The notes under the pieces are model-generated. The model ran no database searches. It was not told the DNA's origin and worked only from the letters and a program-made list of their open reading frames with translations. 64,000 nucleotides of DNA, taken from the NCBI GenBank assembly GCA_913045135.1, contig CAJWQD010000006.1:159-64158 (forward strand). The letters run 5' to 3'. Positions 8,691 to 22,087 of the stretch are shown here, piece after piece. Both the position numbers and the translations under genes were made by a program. The stretch's first letter is position 1. Each line of letters opens with the position of its first letter. The DNA comes from an uncultured Flammeovirgaceae bacterium. Lineage in GTDB: Bacteria > Bacteroidota > Bacteroidia > Cytophagales > Cyclobacteriaceae.

Positions 8691-8750
8691 CCTATTTGTA
8701 GATAAGCACTACGAAATTGTAATGTAATTTAACTATAACCTATTTAACCT

Positions 8751-11700
8751 TTGGCTATCAAAAAAATAAATAAGAGAATAAATTTCTCATCTATTAAGTC
8801 TGTGATAGATTATCCTGACTTTTTAGACGTTCAATTAAAATCATTTGTTGACTTTTTTCAATTGGACACTCCGACTGAATCCAGAGATTCCGAGGGCCTA
8901 TATAAGGTTTTTATGGAGAATTTCCCAATCTCTGATTCGCGGGATAACTTTAAGTTGGAGTTTATTGACTACACTGTAGACCCCCCTCGATATTCTATAC
9001 AGGAATCGGTTGAAAGAGGTTTAACGTATTCAGTACCTTTGAAAGCCAAGTTGAGGTTACTGTGCAATGATACCGAGAATGAAGAGTTTGAGACGATTGA
9101 ACAAGAGGTTTTCTTGGGGAATATTCCGTATATGACTGATAAGGGCTCTTTTGTCATTAACGGTGCGGAAAGGGTTATTGTTTCTCAATTACACAGATCG
9201 CCTGGGGTATTCTTTGCTCAAAGTAAGCATACCAACGGTACATTACTGTATTCAGCCAGAATTATTCCATTTAAAGGGTCATGGATAGAATTTGCTACAG
9301 ATGTAAACAATGTGATGTACGCCTACATTGATAGAAAGAAAAAGTTCCCTATCACCACTTTGCTTAGATCTATTGGGTATGGCACTGATAAGGATATATT
9401 AGATTTATTTGGACTATCAGAGGAGGTTGAGGCTTCTCAAAAAGCACTCACAAAAGTAATTGATCGTCGTTTAGCTGCAAGAGTTCTACGTACTTGGATT
9501 GAAGACTTTGTAGATGAAGATACGGGAGAAGTTGTATCAATTGATCGAAATGAAGTAGTTCTTGAACGTGACAGCGTATTGAAAGAAGAGGATATAAAGA
9601 CTATTCTTGATTCTGGCAGTAAATCTATTATCCTTCATCGCAAGGAGGTGAATGTTACTGATTACTCTATTATCTACAATACTCTTCAAAAAGATCAGTC
9701 AAACTCTGAGAAGGAAGCAGTAGAGACCATTTATCGTCAGCTGAGAAATACAGAAGCTCCTGATGAGCAAACTGCTCGAGATATCATTCAAAATCTATTT
9801 TTCAGTGAGAAAAGATACGATTTAGGCGAAGTAGGGAGATATAGAATAAATAAAAAATTAGGACTCTCGACAGGCTATGATAAGCGTGTTTTGACCAGTG
9901 AAGATATTATACTTATTATTAAATATTTAATTGGTTTGATTAACAGTAAAACGCTTGTTGATGACATTGATCACCTAAGTAATAGAAGAGTAAGAACTGT
10001 TGGAGAGCAACTTTATGCTCAATTTGGAGTGGGCTTATCGAGAATGGCAAGAACAATAAGAGAGCGGATGAATGTAAGAGATAATGAGGATTTCAAACCT
10101 GTTGACTTAATTAATGCAAGAACTTTATCTTCGGTAATCAATTCCTTCTTTGGAACTAATCAATTGTCTCAATTTATGGATCAAACCAATCCATTGGCTG
10201 AAGTTACTCACAAAAGAAGGATGTCAGCACTTGGGCCTGGGGGTCTCTCAAGAGAAAGAGCTGGGTTTGAGGTTAGAGACGTGCATTACACTCATTATGG
10301 TCGATTGTGCACTATTGAGACGCCTGAAGGGCCTAATATTGGTCTGATCTCGTCTTTGTGTGTATATGCAAAGGTCAATCAGATGGGCTTCATTGAGACT
10401 CCTTATCGAGAGGTCGATAAGGGAAAAGTTGATATGTCCGGAAATGTTAAGTACTTAACAGCAGAAGAGGAAGATACATTTAATATTGCTCAGGCCAATG
10501 CACCTTTAAGTGACGAGGGCAAATTTTTAAATGATAAGGTTAAGGCAAGATTTGAGGGTGACTTCCCAGTAGTTCAGCCGAATGACCTAACCTATATGGA
10601 TGTTGCACCAAACCAAATTGTATCTGTGGCCGCCTCTATGATTCCTTTTCTTGAGCACGATGATGCGAATAGAGCACTGATGGGATCCAATATGCAGCGT
10701 CAAGCGGTGCCTCTTCTGACTCCTGAAGCACCCATCGTGGGCACGGGTTTAGAGAGCAGGATTGCTTTAGATTCGCGCTCTTTAATCTTGGCAGAGGCTG
10801 ATGGTATGGTTGAATTCGTTGACGCTAAGATGATCATTGTGAAATATGATCAAGATGACCACGAAAAAATCTTATCATTTGATTCGGATACCTCTACTTA
10901 TGAGTTGACAAAATTCCGTAGAACTAATCAAGATACTTCTGTTAATCTTAAGCCAACCGTTCTTAAAGGAGATCGGGTAGCAAAAGGGCAACCACTTTGC
11001 CACGGCTTTGCCACCGAGCATGGAGAGCTTGCCCTGGGTCGAAACCTACAGGTTGCTTACATGCCCTGGCAAGGATACAATTTTGAAGATGCAATCGTTA
11101 TTTCGGATCGCGTGGTTCGAGAGGACGTATTTACCTCCATACATATTGATTCATTTGAACTTGAGGTTAGGGATACAAAAAGGGGTTTAGAAGAGTTGAC
11201 TTCGGAAATTCCTAATGTAAGTGAAGAGGCAGTTAAAAATTTAGATGAGGATGGGATTATTCGTATTGGCGCAGAAATTACCGAAGGGGATATTATGATT
11301 GGTAAGATCACTCCCAAAGGAGAGTCGGATCCAACGCCTGAAGAGAAATTATTAAGAGCAATTTTTGGAGACAAAGCAGGTGATGTTAAAGATGCGTCTT
11401 TAAAGGCAAAACCCTCATTAACAGGGGTCGTTATCGAAACTAAGCTATTTGCTCGTCCCAAAAAGGATAAGGATCTCAGAGCAAGAACAAAAAAAGCGGT
11501 AGAGCAACTTAAAGAGAAATTCAGTTTTGAATTGACTGAAGTTAGAAATCAAATGGTGGATAAACTCGTTACACTAATAGAAGGTAAGACTTGTCTGGGG
11601 ATCAATCATAAGTTTGGAGAATCAGTGATGTCAAAGGGTACAAAATTTTTAAGAAAAAATATAGAAGAGAATCTTTTTCCGCCTAAAAACATATTTAGAG

Positions 11701-12623
11701 ACGAAAGTACTTACTCTGTACCTGAGGAATCTAACCTTATAAGCGATTTGGCCCATGAAGGATGGGTGAAGGAAGAGAAGACAAATGAATTAATTTTCAA
11801 ATTAATAAAGCGCTATATCACGAAGAGAAATGAAATTACCGGTCTATTTAAGCGAGAAAGATTTACTCATGAAGTAGGGGATGAACTTCCAGCTGGAATT
11901 ATGAAGTTGGCAAAAGTTTATATTGCTAAAAAACGCAAACTCAAGGTAGGAGATAAAATGGCAGGGCGTCATGGTAATAAGGGTGTTGTAGCTAAAATTG
12001 TTCGTGACGAAGATATGCCCTTTATGGAAGATGGTACACCCATGGATATTGTTTTGAATCCTTTAGGAGTTCCTTCCCGAATGAACATCGGTCAAATATA
12101 TGAAACTGTGCTCGCATGGGCAGGAAAGAAGCTTGATCGAACTTATGCCACTCCGATTTTTGATGGAGCGACTGAGGAACAAGTTCAAAATGAGTTGGAA
12201 GAGGCAGGATTGCCCTCTTTCGGGCGGACATATTTATATGATGGATTGACGGGTGAAAAGTTTGATCAACCCGTTACTGTGGGTATCGCATACATGTTAA
12301 AATTAGGTCACTTAGTAGACGATAAAATGCATTCCCGATCAATAGGCCCCTACTCATTGATCACTCAACAGCCTTTAGGTGGTAAAGCCCAATTTGGAGG
12401 CCAAAGGTTTGGAGAAATGGAAGTTTGGGCACTAGAGGCGTTTGGTGCATCACATGTATTACAGGAAATTCTTACGATTAAGTCGGATGATGTGATCGGA
12501 AGAGCAAAGGCTTATGAAGCAATTGTTAAAGGTGAAAACATGGTAAAGCCGAATATACCGGAATCATTTAATGTGTTGGTTCATGAATTAAGAGGTTTAG
12601 CGCTTGAAATTACATTAGATTAA
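8751..12623 (+). CDS. rpoB: DNA-directed RNA polymerase subunit beta
   Basis: 1290 aa, full-length beta subunit. Apparent TTG start at 8751 ([16 protein letters not shown]). There is no in-frame ATG until well inside the conserved N-terminus. Confidence 0.98.
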   Translation: MAIKKINKRINFSSIKSVIDYPDFLDVQLKSFVDFFQLDTPTESRDSEGLYKVFMENFPISDSRDNFKLEFIDYTVDPPRYSIQESVERGLTYSVPLKAKLRLLCNDTENEEFETIEQEVFLGNIPYMTDKGSFVINGAERVIVSQLHRSPGVFFAQSKHTNGTLLYSARIIPFKGSWIEFATDVNNVMYAYIDRKKKFPITTLLRSIGYGTDKDILDLFGLSEEVEASQKALTKVIDRRLAARVLRTWIEDFVDEDTGEVVSIDRNEVVLERDSVLKEEDIKTILDSGSKSIILHRKEVNVTDYSIIYNTLQKDQSNSEKEAVETIYRQLRNTEAPDEQTARDIIQNLFFSEKRYDLGEVGRYRINKKLGLSTGYDKRVLTSEDIILIIKYLIGLINSKTLVDDIDHLSNRRVRTVGEQLYAQFGVGLSRMARTIRERMNVRDNEDFKPVDLINARTLSSVINSFFGTNQLSQFMDQTNPLAEVTHKRRMSALGPGGLSRERAGFEVRDVHYTHYGRLCTIETPEGPNIGLISSLCVYAKVNQMGFIETPYREVDKGKVDMSGNVKYLTAEEEDTFNIAQANAPLSDEGKFLNDKVKARFEGDFPVVQPNDLTYMDVAPNQIVSVAASMIPFLEHDDANRALMGSNMQRQAVPLLTPEAPIVGTGLESRIALDSRSLILAEADGMVEFVDAKMIIVKYDQDDHEKILSFDSDTSTYELTKFRRTNQDTSVNLKPTVLKGDRVAKGQPLCHGFATEHGELALGRNLQVAYMPWQGYNFEDAIVISDRVVREDVFTSIHIDSFELEVRDTKRGLEELTSEIPNVSEEAVKNLDEDGIIRIGAEITEGDIMIGKITPKGESDPTPEEKLLRAIFGDKAGDVKDASLKAKPSLTGVVIETKLFARPKKDKDLRARTKKAVEQLKEKFSFELTEVRNQMVDKLVTLIEGKTCLGINHKFGESVMSKGTKFLRKNIEENLFPPKNIFRDESTYSVPEESNLISDLAHEGWVKEEKTNELIFKLIKRYITKRNEITGLFKRERFTHEVGDELPAGIMKLAKVYIAKKRKLKVGDKMAGRHGNKGVVAKIVRDEDMPFMEDGTPMDIVLNPLGVPSRMNIGQIYETVLAWAGKKLDRTYATPIFDGATEEQVQNELEEAGLPSFGRTYLYDGLTGEKFDQPVTVGIAYMLKLGHLVDDKMHSRSIGPYSLITQQPLGGKAQFGGQRFGEMEVWALEAFGASHVLQEILTIKSDDVIGRAKAYEAIVKGENMVKPNIPESFNVLVHELRGLALEITLD

Positions 12624-12660
12624 ATAGTTATTGATTATTTGAGTTTAGAAAAGATAAATT

Positions 12661-15600
12661 ATGGCATTTAGAAAAAATAAAAAACTAACACTTGACTTTT
12701 CAAGGGTGACTATTAGTCTGGCATCACCCGAATCCATTTTAGAAGAATCAAATGGAGAAGTGACTCAGCCAGAAACCATTAATTATAGAACCTACAAACC
12801 AGAAATGGGAGGGCTATTTTGTGAACGTATTTTCGGTCCTGTCAAGGATTGGGAATGTCATTGTGGAAAATATAAGAGAATAAGGTACAAGGGAATTATA
12901 TGCGATAGATGTGGAGTTGAAGTGACTGAAAAGAAGGTTAGGAGAGAGCGGATGGGGCACATTGAATTGGTTGTACCCGTTGCACACATTTGGTATTTCA
13001 GGTCATTGCCTAATAAGATAGGTTATTTATTAGGAATGCCCTCTAAAAAATTGGATACGATCATTTACTATGAGCGCTATGTTGTTATACAACCTGGAGT
13101 AAAAGAGGAAGAAGGAATAAATAAGCTCGATTTCTTAACTGAAGATGAATATTTAGATATTCTCGATAAGTTACCTAGAGAGAACCAGTTACTGCCTGAT
13201 GATGACCCGAAAAAGTTTATCGCAAAAATGGGAGCCGAGGCTTTAGAAATGTTACTTTCTCGAATTGAATTAGATGATTTATCCTACCAATTGAGACATC
13301 AAGCCGCTACAGATACTTCTCAGCAGCGAAAGGCAGAAGCATTAAAGAGGCTTAAAGTAGTTGAGGCTTTCAGAGAAGCTAAAACCAGGATTGAAAATAG
13401 GCCAGAATGGATGATTATTAAAATGGTTCCTGTAATACCACCTGAATTAAGACCGCTTGTACCTTTGGATGGTGGACGCTTTGCAACTTCAGATCTTAAT
13501 GATCTTTATAGGCGTGTAATTATCCGGAATAATAGACTGAAAAGGTTGATTGATATCAAGGCGCCGGAAGTAATACTGCGTAATGAAAAGAGAATGCTTC
13601 AGGAGGCAGTAGACTCCCTGTTTGATAACTCAAGAAAGGTTAATGCCGTGCGCTCAGATGGAAATCGTGCGCTGAAATCATTGAGCGATATGCTCAAGGG
13701 AAAGCAAGGTCGTTTTCGTCAAAATTTGTTAGGGAAAAGAGTAGACTATTCCGGACGATCAGTTATAGTGGTCGGCCCAGAGTTAAAAATGCACGAATGT
13801 GGATTGCCCAAGAATATGGCTGCCGAGCTTTTCAAACCATTTGTGATTCGAAAGTTGATTGAAAGAGGGATTGTCAAAACGGTAAAATCAGCAAAGAAAA
13901 TTGTTGATAGAAAAGATCCGGTTGTCTGGGATATTCTTGAAAACGTTCTAAAAGGGCATCCGGTTCTTTTAAATAGGGCTCCAACGTTACATAGGTTAGG
14001 GATACAGGCATTTCAGCCAAAACTCATAGAGGGTAAAGCCATCCAACTTCATCCATTAGTTTGTACAGCATTTAATGCTGATTTTGATGGAGATCAAATG
14101 GCGGTCCACGTGCCTTTGGGACAGGAGGCTATTTTGGAGGCTTCACTTTTAATGCTGTCCTCTCATAATATTCTAAACCCAGCTAATGGAGCACCAATAG
14201 CTGTACCATCTCAAGATATGGTTCTCGGCCTTTACTATGTGACAAAAGGTAGAAAAAGTACTTCTGCAGAAGTAGTAAAAGGTGAGGGAATGACTTTCTA
14301 CAATTCTCAGGAAGTGATTATTGCTTTAAATGAAGGTATAATTTCAAAGCATGCGCACATTAAAGTAAGGACTCATGTTAGGGTTGGAGAGGAATTAGAA
14401 GAAAAATTGTTAGATACTGTCGCAGGCAGAGTGCTTTTCAATGAATTTGTACCAAAAGAGGTCGGTTATATTGATGAGTTACTTACTAAGAAAAAGCTTC
14501 AAAATATTATTTCCAGAATTTTTAAGGTTGTAGGAATGGCAGCTACGGCTGTTTTCCTCGATGATATCAAATCATTAGGCTTTCAGATGGCCTATACTGG
14601 CGGACTATCCATGGGACTGGGTGATATCAATATTCCTGAAGCTAAACAGCAGATGGTAGCAGATGCAAAGAAAGATGTGGATAACGTTTGGAATAATTAT
14701 TTGATGGGTTTGATTACCGATAACGAGCGTTACAATCAAGTAATCGATATATGGACAAGAACCAATACACAGTTGACTTCAACCTTAATGAAACAATTAG
14801 AGGAAGATGATCAAGGTTTTAATTCTATATATATGATGATGCATTCAGGTGCAAGGGGATCTCGTGAGCAAATTAGACAACTGGGAGGTATGAGAGGATT
14901 AATGGCCAAACCTCAAAAAAACTTAGCAGGATCGGTTGGTGGAATCATTGAAAATCCGATACTTTCAAATTTTAAAGAAGGTTTAGATGTTCTTGAATAT
15001 TTTATTTCTACACATGGTGCTCGAAAAGGCTTGGCGGATACTGCATTGAAAACAGCAGATGCAGGATACCTAACTAGAAGACTTGTTGATGTAGCACAAG
15101 ATGTCGTAGTGAATGAACCTGATTGTGGTACTCTGAGAGGATTAGTTGTTCGCTCTCTAAAAGATAATGAAGATATAGTTGAATCCTTATCAGAGAGAAT
15201 ATTGGGTCGCGTATCCGTACATGATATTTATAATCCAATAACCGATGAAAAGATTCTTGAATCAGGGGAAGAGATTACCGAGGAAATCACAGAGATTATA
15301 GAGGCCACAAATATTGACGAAGTTGAGATACGTTCCGTATTGACTTGTGAGGCTAAAAGAGGAGTTTGTTCGAAATGTTATGGTCGTAGTCTGTCAGCAG
15401 GAAGAATGGCCCACTTGGGGGAAGCTGTGGGTGTGATCGCGGCTCAATCTATTGGGGAGCCGGGTACTCAATTAACCTTAAGAACCTTTCACGTGGGAGG
15501 GACAGCATCTAACATTGCGGTAGATGCTACCGTTATATCAAAATTCGATGGGGTCGTTGAATTTGATGAATTGAGAACAGTCAATAGTAGTGATGATGAA

Positions 15601-16971
15601 GGAAATCCGGTTCAAGTGGTCATGGGCAGATCGGGTGAACTTAGAATAACGGATGCTAAAAAGTCAAAAATATTGATGAGTAATCATGTTCCCTATGGAG
15701 CCATTCTCAAAGTAAAAAATGATCAAAAGGTTAGCATCGGAGATGAGCTTTGTTTTTGGGATCCCTACAATGCTGTGATCATGTCTGAACTTGATGGAAA
15801 GGTTACTTTTGAGGCTATCATTGAAGGTGTTACTTTCAAAGAAGAGTCAGATGAGCAGACCGGTCATAGAGAAAAGGTAATCATTGATACCAAGGATAAA
15901 GCCAAAAATCCAGCCATTATAATTCATTCGGCAGATACTGAGAAAGGATACAATATTCCAGTAGGTGCTCACTTGGCAATAGATGAAGGTGCGGAGGTAA
16001 AGGCTGGCCAGGTTTTGGCAAAAATACCCCGAAATACAGGTAAGTCAAGAGATATTACTGGAGGTCTTCCACGAGTCACAGAACTGTTTGAAGCAAGAAA
16101 TCCTTCGAATCCAGCAGTTGTTACAGAAATTGATGGTGTCGTTACGTATGGAGGGATAAAAAGGGGTAATAGAGAAGTGTTTGTTGAATCTAAAGATGGT
16201 ATTAAAAAACGTTATTTAGTACCGTTATCCAAACACTTCTTGGTCCAAGATAATGACTTTATAAAGGCAGGAGAGGCTTTGTCCGATGGATCTATTACTC
16301 CTGCTGATATATTATCCATTCAAGGACCTACCGCGGTTCAAGAGTATTTGGTAAATGAGATACAAGAGGTCTATCGGCTGCAAGGTGTCCAAATTAATGA
16401 TAAGCATATTGAAACGATCGTACGACAAATGATGCAAAAAGTCATCATTATAGATGCAGGTGACACTTCGTTTCTTACTAATCAATCCGTAGACAGGTTG
16501 AGTTTCATGGAAGAGAATGATCAAATACTTGATAAAAAAGTAGTTGTTGATCCCGGGGGTTCTGATACGATTAAGGCTGGGCAAATCATCTCTAGTCGAA
16601 TGTTACGCGATGAAAATTCTAATTTAAGAAGAAGAGATGTTAAAATCATCTCGGTAAGGAATGCTTCAACTGCAGTTTCTAGGCCTATTCTTCAGGGAAT
16701 AACTCAAGCATCATTAGGAACTAGAAGTTTTATATCGGCAGCATCCTTTCAAGAGACAACAAAGGTATTGAGTGAAGCAGCTATTAAAGGTAAGCGAGAT
16801 GGGCTTGATGGATTAAAAGAAAATGTTATTGTCGGTCATTTAATTCCGGCGGGAACAGGAATTAAAAGATTCCATGAAAATTTTGTAGCAAATAAAGAAG
16901 AGTATGATAAGATGGCACTGGCTAGGGAAGAATTTTCTAAACCGAAGGAAGTGTCTTTAACTGAAGTCTAG
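12661..16971 (+). CDS. rpoC: DNA-directed RNA polymerase subunit beta'
   Basis: 1436 aa. Zn-finger [23 protein letters not shown] and catalytic [12 protein letters not shown]. Confidence 0.99.
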   Translation: MAFRKNKKLTLDFSRVTISLASPESILEESNGEVTQPETINYRTYKPEMGGLFCERIFGPVKDWECHCGKYKRIRYKGIICDRCGVEVTEKKVRRERMGHIELVVPVAHIWYFRSLPNKIGYLLGMPSKKLDTIIYYERYVVIQPGVKEEEGINKLDFLTEDEYLDILDKLPRENQLLPDDDPKKFIAKMGAEALEMLLSRIELDDLSYQLRHQAATDTSQQRKAEALKRLKVVEAFREAKTRIENRPEWMIIKMVPVIPPELRPLVPLDGGRFATSDLNDLYRRVIIRNNRLKRLIDIKAPEVILRNEKRMLQEAVDSLFDNSRKVNAVRSDGNRALKSLSDMLKGKQGRFRQNLLGKRVDYSGRSVIVVGPELKMHECGLPKNMAAELFKPFVIRKLIERGIVKTVKSAKKIVDRKDPVVWDILENVLKGHPVLLNRAPTLHRLGIQAFQPKLIEGKAIQLHPLVCTAFNADFDGDQMAVHVPLGQEAILEASLLMLSSHNILNPANGAPIAVPSQDMVLGLYYVTKGRKSTSAEVVKGEGMTFYNSQEVIIALNEGIISKHAHIKVRTHVRVGEELEEKLLDTVAGRVLFNEFVPKEVGYIDELLTKKKLQNIISRIFKVVGMAATAVFLDDIKSLGFQMAYTGGLSMGLGDINIPEAKQQMVADAKKDVDNVWNNYLMGLITDNERYNQVIDIWTRTNTQLTSTLMKQLEEDDQGFNSIYMMMHSGARGSREQIRQLGGMRGLMAKPQKNLAGSVGGIIENPILSNFKEGLDVLEYFISTHGARKGLADTALKTADAGYLTRRLVDVAQDVVVNEPDCGTLRGLVVRSLKDNEDIVESLSERILGRVSVHDIYNPITDEKILESGEEITEEITEIIEATNIDEVEIRSVLTCEAKRGVCSKCYGRSLSAGRMAHLGEAVGVIAAQSIGEPGTQLTLRTFHVGGTASNIAVDATVISKFDGVVEFDELRTVNSSDDEGNPVQVVMGRSGELRITDAKKSKILMSNHVPYGAILKVKNDQKVSIGDELCFWDPYNAVIMSELDGKVTFEAIIEGVTFKEESDEQTGHREKVIIDTKDKAKNPAIIIHSADTEKGYNIPVGAHLAIDEGAEVKAGQVLAKIPRNTGKSRDITGGLPRVTELFEARNPSNPAVVTEIDGVVTYGGIKRGNREVFVESKDGIKKRYLVPLSKHFLVQDNDFIKAGEALSDGSITPADILSIQGPTAVQEYLVNEIQEVYRLQGVQINDKHIETIVRQMMQKVIIIDAGDTSFLTNQSVDRLSFMEENDQILDKKVVVDPGGSDTIKAGQIISSRMLRDENSNLRRRDVKIISVRNASTAVSRPILQGITQASLGTRSFISAASFQETTKVLSEAAIKGKRDGLDGLKENVIVGHLIPAGTGIKRFHENFVANKEEYDKMALAREEFSKPKEVSLTEV

Positions 16972-17289
16972 ATGGATAAGCCAGAAGAGGTCAATAGAAA
17001 TCTTAATATTGAGTTATCAGAAGAGATAGCTGAAGGTGTTTATGCAAATTTAGCTATGATAGCACACTCAAGCAGCGAGTTTGTCATTGATTACATCCGA
17101 CTGATGCCTGGTGTGCCAAAGGCAAAGGTTAAGGCACGTATTGTAATCACCCCAGAGCATGCGAAAAGACTTTTGAACGCGTTGGAGGAAAACATTCAAA
17201 AGTACGAAAAGACTTTTGGAGAAATAAAAAAGAATGAGCAATCGCCTAAGTTTCCAATAAATTTTGGGGGTACAGTAGGTGAAGCATGA
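16972..17289 (+). CDS. DUF3467-like small conserved protein
   Basis: 105 aa. The ATG directly abuts the rpoC TAG (tagATG). EGVYANLAMIAHSSSEFVIDYIRLMPG matches my recollection of the DUF3467 family found after rpoC in Bacteroidota. Confidence 0.7.
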   Translation: MDKPEEVNRNLNIELSEEIAEGVYANLAMIAHSSSEFVIDYIRLMPGVPKAKVKARIVITPEHAKRLLNALEENIQKYEKTFGEIKKNEQSPKFPINFGGTVGEA

Positions 17290-17332
17290 TGATTTAATTG
17301 TAAAGGATATCAAGATATTGAATGTTTATCTC

Positions 17333-17340
17333 TATGTTTG
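17333..17340 (+). promoter_or_regulatory. candidate -7 promoter box upstream of rpsL
   Basis: TATGTTTG (TAnnTTTG) lies 37 nt upstream of the rpsL ATG. No well-spaced -33 TTG was seen. Confidence 0.35.
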
Positions 17341-17377
17341 CGTTCCAAAAATAAGGATTGTACAATAAAACAGAATA

Positions 17378-17758
17378 ATGCCAACTATACAACAGTTAGT
17401 TAGGAAAGGAAGAAAAAACTTAACTTCCAAATCTAAGTCTCCCGCATTGGACTCATGCCCTCAACGAAGAGGAGTATGTACGCGTGTCTACACTACAACG
17501 CCCAAAAAACCGAACTCAGCAATGAGGAAAGTGGCAAGAGTTCGCTTGACCAATGGCAGAGAAGTTAACGCATATATTGGGGGTGAAGGCCACAATTTAC
17601 AAGAGCACTCTATCGTACTAATTCGTGGCGGAAGGGTTAAGGATCTTCCTGGTGTTCGCTACCACATTGTTCGAGGTGCATTGGATACTGCTGGAGTAAG
17701 CGGAAGGTTGCAAAGAAGATCAAAATATGGTGCTAAGAGACCTAAAGCTAAAAAATAA
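17378..17758 (+). CDS. rpsL: 30S ribosomal protein S12
   Basis: [12 protein letters not shown]...[18 protein letters not shown]. Confidence 0.99.
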   Translation: MPTIQQLVRKGRKNLTSKSKSPALDSCPQRRGVCTRVYTTTPKKPNSAMRKVARVRLTNGREVNAYIGGEGHNLQEHSIVLIRGGRVKDLPGVRYHIVRGALDTAGVSGRLQRRSKYGAKRPKAKK

Positions 17759-17767
17759 GGAAGAAAA

Positions 17768-18235
17768 ATGAGGAAATCTAAGCCAAAGAAGCGATACATT
17801 TTACCCGATCCACTCTATGGAGATACTTTAGTTACAAAGTTTGTTAACTATCTTATGGTAGATGGCAAAAAAAGTCTTTCCTACGCTATTTTTTATGATG
17901 CTATAAAGATAGTAGAAGAAAAAACAAATGAGGACGGAATAGAGACTTGGAAGTCGGCTTTAAAGACAGTTATGCCTTCTGTCGAAGTTAAGAGTAGAAG
18001 AGTTGGGGGGGCTACCTTTCAAGTACCCATTGAGGTGAGACCTGAAAGAAAGACCTCACTGGGAATCAAATGGATGATAAAATACTCAAGATTGAGAGGC
18101 GAAAAAACAATGAAAGAACGTCTTGCCGGAGAAATAATAGCTGCTTCAAAGGGTGAAGGTGCATCAGTCAAGAAGAAAGATGATACCCATAGGATGGCAG
18201 AAGCTAACAAGGCTTTTTCTCACTTTAGATTCTAA
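17768..18235 (+). CDS. rpsG: 30S ribosomal protein S7
   Basis: 155 aa, S7 family ([19 protein letters not shown]). Confidence 0.98.
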   Translation: MRKSKPKKRYILPDPLYGDTLVTKFVNYLMVDGKKSLSYAIFYDAIKIVEEKTNEDGIETWKSALKTVMPSVEVKSRRVGGATFQVPIEVRPERKTSLGIKWMIKYSRLRGEKTMKERLAGEIIAASKGEGASVKKKDDTHRMAEANKAFSHFRF

Positions 18236-18247
18236 ATTACGTTCGAA

Positions 18248-20347
18248 ATGGCCAAAAGAAATTTGAAGTTCACGCGCAATATTGGCATAGCTGCACATAT
18301 TGATGCAGGCAAAACCACCACTACGGAACGTATTTTATATTACACTGGTGCAAGTCACAAAATCGGAGAGGTTCACGATGGGGCTGCTACAATGGACTGG
18401 ATGGAGCAGGAGCAGGAGCGTGGTATTACAATTACCTCTGCGGCCACTACGGTTTTTTGGAAATATAAAGAGGATAATTATCACATAAATATTATCGATA
18501 CTCCTGGCCATGTAGATTTCACTGTTGAAGTAAATCGATCATTACGTGTGTTAGATGGCTTAGTGTTCTTGTTTAGTGCTGTGGATGGTGTGGAACCTCA
18601 ATCAGAGACTAATTGGCGATTGGCTGATAATTATAAAGTTGCTCGAATTGGTTTTGTAAACAAAATGGATCGTGCAGGGTCAGACTTTCTCAATGTTTGT
18701 AAGCAGGTCAAAGAGATGTTGGGAACCAAAGCAGTTCCGCTACAATTACCTATAGGTTCTGAAGATAACTTTAGAGGTGTTGTTGATTTGGTAGAAAATA
18801 AGGCAATGGTTTGGAATGAACAAGACCAAGGTATGACTTTTGAGGAGATTTCCATACCTGAGGATATGATCGGAGAGGTAGCTGAGTATCGTGAAAAGTT
18901 GGTTGAGTCAGTAGCAGAGTATGATGACGGATTAATGGAAAAATATTTCGAAGATCCTGACTCCATATCCAAAGATGAAATTATTGCGGCATTGAGAGCT
19001 GCTACCATTGATTTGGCTTTTGTTCCTATGCTTTGTGGATCAGCATTCAAGAATAAAGGGGTTCAGATAATGCTAGACTATGTAATGGAGTTATTACCAT
19101 CTCCACTAGACAAAGAAGAGATTAAAGGAATTAATCCTGATACAGAAGAGGAAGTTAAGCGATTGCCTGCAGTAGAAGATCCTTTTACAGCATTAGCTTT
19201 TAAAATTGCAACAGATCCTTTTGTCGGTAGACTTTGTTTCATTAGATCTTACTCAGGTTCATTAAATTCCGGTTCATATGTTTTTAATACTAGGACAGGA
19301 AAGAAAGAAAGAATTTCAAGAATTTTTCAAATGCATGCCAACAAGCAAAATCAAATTGATGCTCTGCATTGTGGAGATATCGGCGCTGTTGTTGGATTTA
19401 AGGATATCAAAACAGGAGATACTTTGTGTGATGAAAAAAATAAAATAGTTCTAGAAACTATGAATTTTCCTGATCCTGTAATTGGTTATGCCATTGAGCC
19501 GAAGGCCCAAGCAGATGTTGATAAACTCGGCATGAGTATCGCCAAATTGGTTGAAGAAGATCCAACTTTAGTGGTTGAGACCGATCATGAAACAGGCCAA
19601 ACAATATTGAAGGGCATGGGTGAGCTCCATCTGGATATTATTATTGACAGATTGCGACGTGAGTTCAAAGTTGAAATTAATCAAGGTGCTCCACAAGTTG
19701 CCTACAAGGAGGCCATAAGAGCTAATATAGAGCACAAAGAAGTATACAAAAAGCAATCTGGAGGCCGAGGTAAGTTTGCTGATATCGTATTTGATCTAAG
19801 TCCCGTAGATGAAGACTTTGAAGGGACTGGTTTGCAATTCGTTAATGACATAAAGGGAGGAATCATACCAAAAGAATTTATACCTGCCATCGAAAAAGGA
19901 TTCAAGCAGGGCATGATCAATGGTCCTTTGGCTGGATATCCTTTGGATAGTATGAAGGTAAGACTTTATCATGGATCTTTTCACGATGTTGATTCAGATT
20001 CACTTTCATTTGAATTGGCAGCCCGGCTAGGGTTTAAAGAGGCATCGAAGAAAGCCAGTCCAGTACTTTTGGAGCCTGTGATGGCTGTCGAAGTAATTAC
20101 CCCTGATGAATATACAGGATCTGTTACAGGTGACTTGAACAAACGACGCGGTATAATGAAAGGCATGGATACTCGAGGAGTTTCACAGGTTATTAAAGCC
20201 GATGTTCCCCTCTCTGCTCTTTTTGGCTATGTGACGGATTTGAGGACAATCACTTCAGGAAGAGCAACTGCGAATCTCACATTTTCTCACTATGATAGTG
20301 TGCCTGATAGTATAGCTGAGGGGGTAATTGCAGAAGTTAATGGTTAA
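18248..20347 (+). CDS. fusA: elongation factor G
   Basis: 699 aa. [20 protein letters not shown] and NKMDR motifs. Confidence 0.99.
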   Translation: MAKRNLKFTRNIGIAAHIDAGKTTTTERILYYTGASHKIGEVHDGAATMDWMEQEQERGITITSAATTVFWKYKEDNYHINIIDTPGHVDFTVEVNRSLRVLDGLVFLFSAVDGVEPQSETNWRLADNYKVARIGFVNKMDRAGSDFLNVCKQVKEMLGTKAVPLQLPIGSEDNFRGVVDLVENKAMVWNEQDQGMTFEEISIPEDMIGEVAEYREKLVESVAEYDDGLMEKYFEDPDSISKDEIIAALRAATIDLAFVPMLCGSAFKNKGVQIMLDYVMELLPSPLDKEEIKGINPDTEEEVKRLPAVEDPFTALAFKIATDPFVGRLCFIRSYSGSLNSGSYVFNTRTGKKERISRIFQMHANKQNQIDALHCGDIGAVVGFKDIKTGDTLCDEKNKIVLETMNFPDPVIGYAIEPKAQADVDKLGMSIAKLVEEDPTLVVETDHETGQTILKGMGELHLDIIIDRLRREFKVEINQGAPQVAYKEAIRANIEHKEVYKKQSGGRGKFADIVFDLSPVDEDFEGTGLQFVNDIKGGIIPKEFIPAIEKGFKQGMINGPLAGYPLDSMKVRLYHGSFHDVDSDSLSFELAARLGFKEASKKASPVLLEPVMAVEVITPDEYTGSVTGDLNKRRGIMKGMDTRGVSQVIKADVPLSALFGYVTDLRTITSGRATANLTFSHYDSVPDSIAEGVIAEVNG

Positions 20348-20364
20348 TTAGTTCGGAATAGATT

Positions 20365-20670
20365 ATGAATCAAAAAATTAGAATTAAATTAAGATCGTAC
20401 GATCACAACTTGGTAGATAAATCATCCGAGAAAATAGTGCGGGCTGTTAAGACAACGGGAGCCGTTGTTAGTGGTCCAATACCTTTGCCTACTGTTAAAG
20501 AAAAGTTTACAGTACTTAGATCACCTCACGTTAACAAAAAATCGAGAGAGCAGTTTCAGTTATGTACTTATAAGAGATTAGTTGATATCTATTCCAATAG
20601 TGCGAAAACTGTAGATGCATTGATGAAACTAGAATTACCTAGTGGAGTAGACGTCGAAATTAAGGTCTGA
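20365..20670 (+). CDS. rpsJ: 30S ribosomal protein S10
   Basis: 101 aa. [14 protein letters not shown]...[12 protein letters not shown]. Confidence 0.98.
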   Translation: MNQKIRIKLRSYDHNLVDKSSEKIVRAVKTTGAVVSGPIPLPTVKEKFTVLRSPHVNKKSREQFQLCTYKRLVDIYSNSAKTVDALMKLELPSGVDVEIKV

Positions 20671-20691
20671 TTTACTTTGAAAATCATTTAG

Positions 20692-20721
20692 AACCAGCAC
20701 ATTTTTGAGTTGGTTTTTTTT
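20692..20721 (+). terminator. rho-independent terminator-like hairpin after rpsJ
   Basis: AACCAGC (20692-20698) pairs with GTTGGTT (20709-20715), 7 bp including one G-U, across a 10-nt loop. A run of T follows at 20716-20721. Confidence 0.5.
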
Positions 20722-20743
20722 GTCTTTTAATATCACTTAATCG

Positions 20744-20773
20744 TTGTTTCATAAGTCAGAATTGTTATCTTTG
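20744..20773 (+). promoter_or_regulatory. candidate internal promoter upstream of rplC
   Basis: TTG at 20744-20746, a 19-nt spacer, then TATCTTTG at 20766-20773. A small hairpin CTCC-TTTT-GGAG follows at 20776-20787. Confidence 0.5.
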
Positions 20774-20824
20774 CACTCCTTTTGGAGAAAATAAACATAT
20801 TAAAAAAATTAATAAATTCAAATA

Positions 20825-21457
20825 ATGCCTGGATTAATAGGTAAAAAAGTAGGGATGACCAATATATACGATGAAACGGGCAAAAGTATTGCTTGCACAT
20901 TGGTTGAGGCTGGTCCTTGCGTTGTTACGCAAGTGAAGAACGAGGATTCCGATGGATATCGTGCGGTTCAACTTGCCTATGATGATAAAAAAGAAAAGAA
21001 TACATCAAAAGCTGAAAAGGGACATTATGCTAAGGCTGGATCTCCACCTAAGAAGTATCAAATTGAATTTAGAGATTTCAGAAGTGAGTTCGATGAAAAA
21101 ATTGTACTAGGAAAAGAAATCAACATTACTGATGTTTTTAAAGAAAACGATTTTGTGGATGTCGTGGGGACTACTAAGGGGAAAGGCTTCCAAGGAGTCG
21201 TTAAGAGGTATAATTTTGCGGGTGTAGGACAAGCAACACATGGACAACATAACAGATTGAGGGCTCCAGGCTCTATAGGAGCAGCCTCTTTTCCTTCACG
21301 TGTCTTCAAGGGAATGAGAATGGCAGGTAGAATGGGCGGTGAACGAAAGAAAATTCTTAATCTCAGAGTAATGAAAATTTATCCAGAAAAAAATCTTGTC
21401 TTAATAAGTGGCTCAATTCCTGGGGCGAAAAGTTCTTATGTGATTTTAGAGAAATAA
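20825..21457 (+). CDS. rplC: 50S ribosomal protein L3
   Basis: 210 aa. [13 protein letters not shown]...[10 protein letters not shown]. Confidence 0.98.
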   Translation: MPGLIGKKVGMTNIYDETGKSIACTLVEAGPCVVTQVKNEDSDGYRAVQLAYDDKKEKNTSKAEKGHYAKAGSPPKKYQIEFRDFRSEFDEKIVLGKEINITDVFKENDFVDVVGTTKGKGFQGVVKRYNFAGVGQATHGQHNRLRAPGSIGAASFPSRVFKGMRMAGRMGGERKKILNLRVMKIYPEKNLVLISGSIPGAKSSYVILEK

Positions 21458-21460
21458 GCC

Positions 21461-22087
21461 ATGAAAATAGAAGTTATAGATAACAAAGGCGAAAATACGG
21501 GCCGAAAAATTGACCTTTCAAATCGTATTTACAAGGTTGAGCCCAACGAGCATGCGGTTTATTTAGAAGTAAAGCAATATTTGGCTAATCAACGTCATGG
21601 GACCCATAAGGCTAGGGGAAAATCTGAAGTAACAGGTTCTACAAGAAAAATAAAAAAGCAAAAAGGCTCCGGTACAGCACGTGCAGGTAGCATTAAGTCA
21701 GGTATTCTTAGGGGTGGAGGTACCATTTTTGGTCCAGTCCCAAGGGAATATGGCTTCGATCTTAACAAAAAGGTTAAAAGATTAGCCAAGCGATCTGCGT
21801 TATCAGCAAAAGCTGCAGAAAAGAAGATCCGAGTCATGGAGGATCAAACCATAGAAATACCCAAGACTAAGGTCTTTATCTCAATTCTTAGAAGTCTTAA
21901 AATGGAGGTTGATAAGGCATTGTTTATAACTGGAAATGTAAATGATACTGCTGCGGCTTCTGCAAGAAACATTCCTAATGCCAAAGTAATAAGCGCCAAT
22001 GAGTTGTCCACTTATGAGTTAGTAAATGCGGACTACATTGTATTGTTTGAGAGTGCCGTTGACATTATTGAAAATAGATTAAACTAA
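21461..22087 (+). CDS. rplD: 50S ribosomal protein L4
   Basis: 208 aa, L4 family (KQKGSGTARAGSIKSGILRGGG), in S10-operon order. Confidence 0.97.
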   Translation: MKIEVIDNKGENTGRKIDLSNRIYKVEPNEHAVYLEVKQYLANQRHGTHKARGKSEVTGSTRKIKKQKGSGTARAGSIKSGILRGGGTIFGPVPREYGFDLNKKVKRLAKRSALSAKAAEKKIRVMEDQTIEIPKTKVFISILRSLKMEVDKALFITGNVNDTAAASARNIPNAKVISANELSTYELVNADYIVLFESAVDIIENRLN

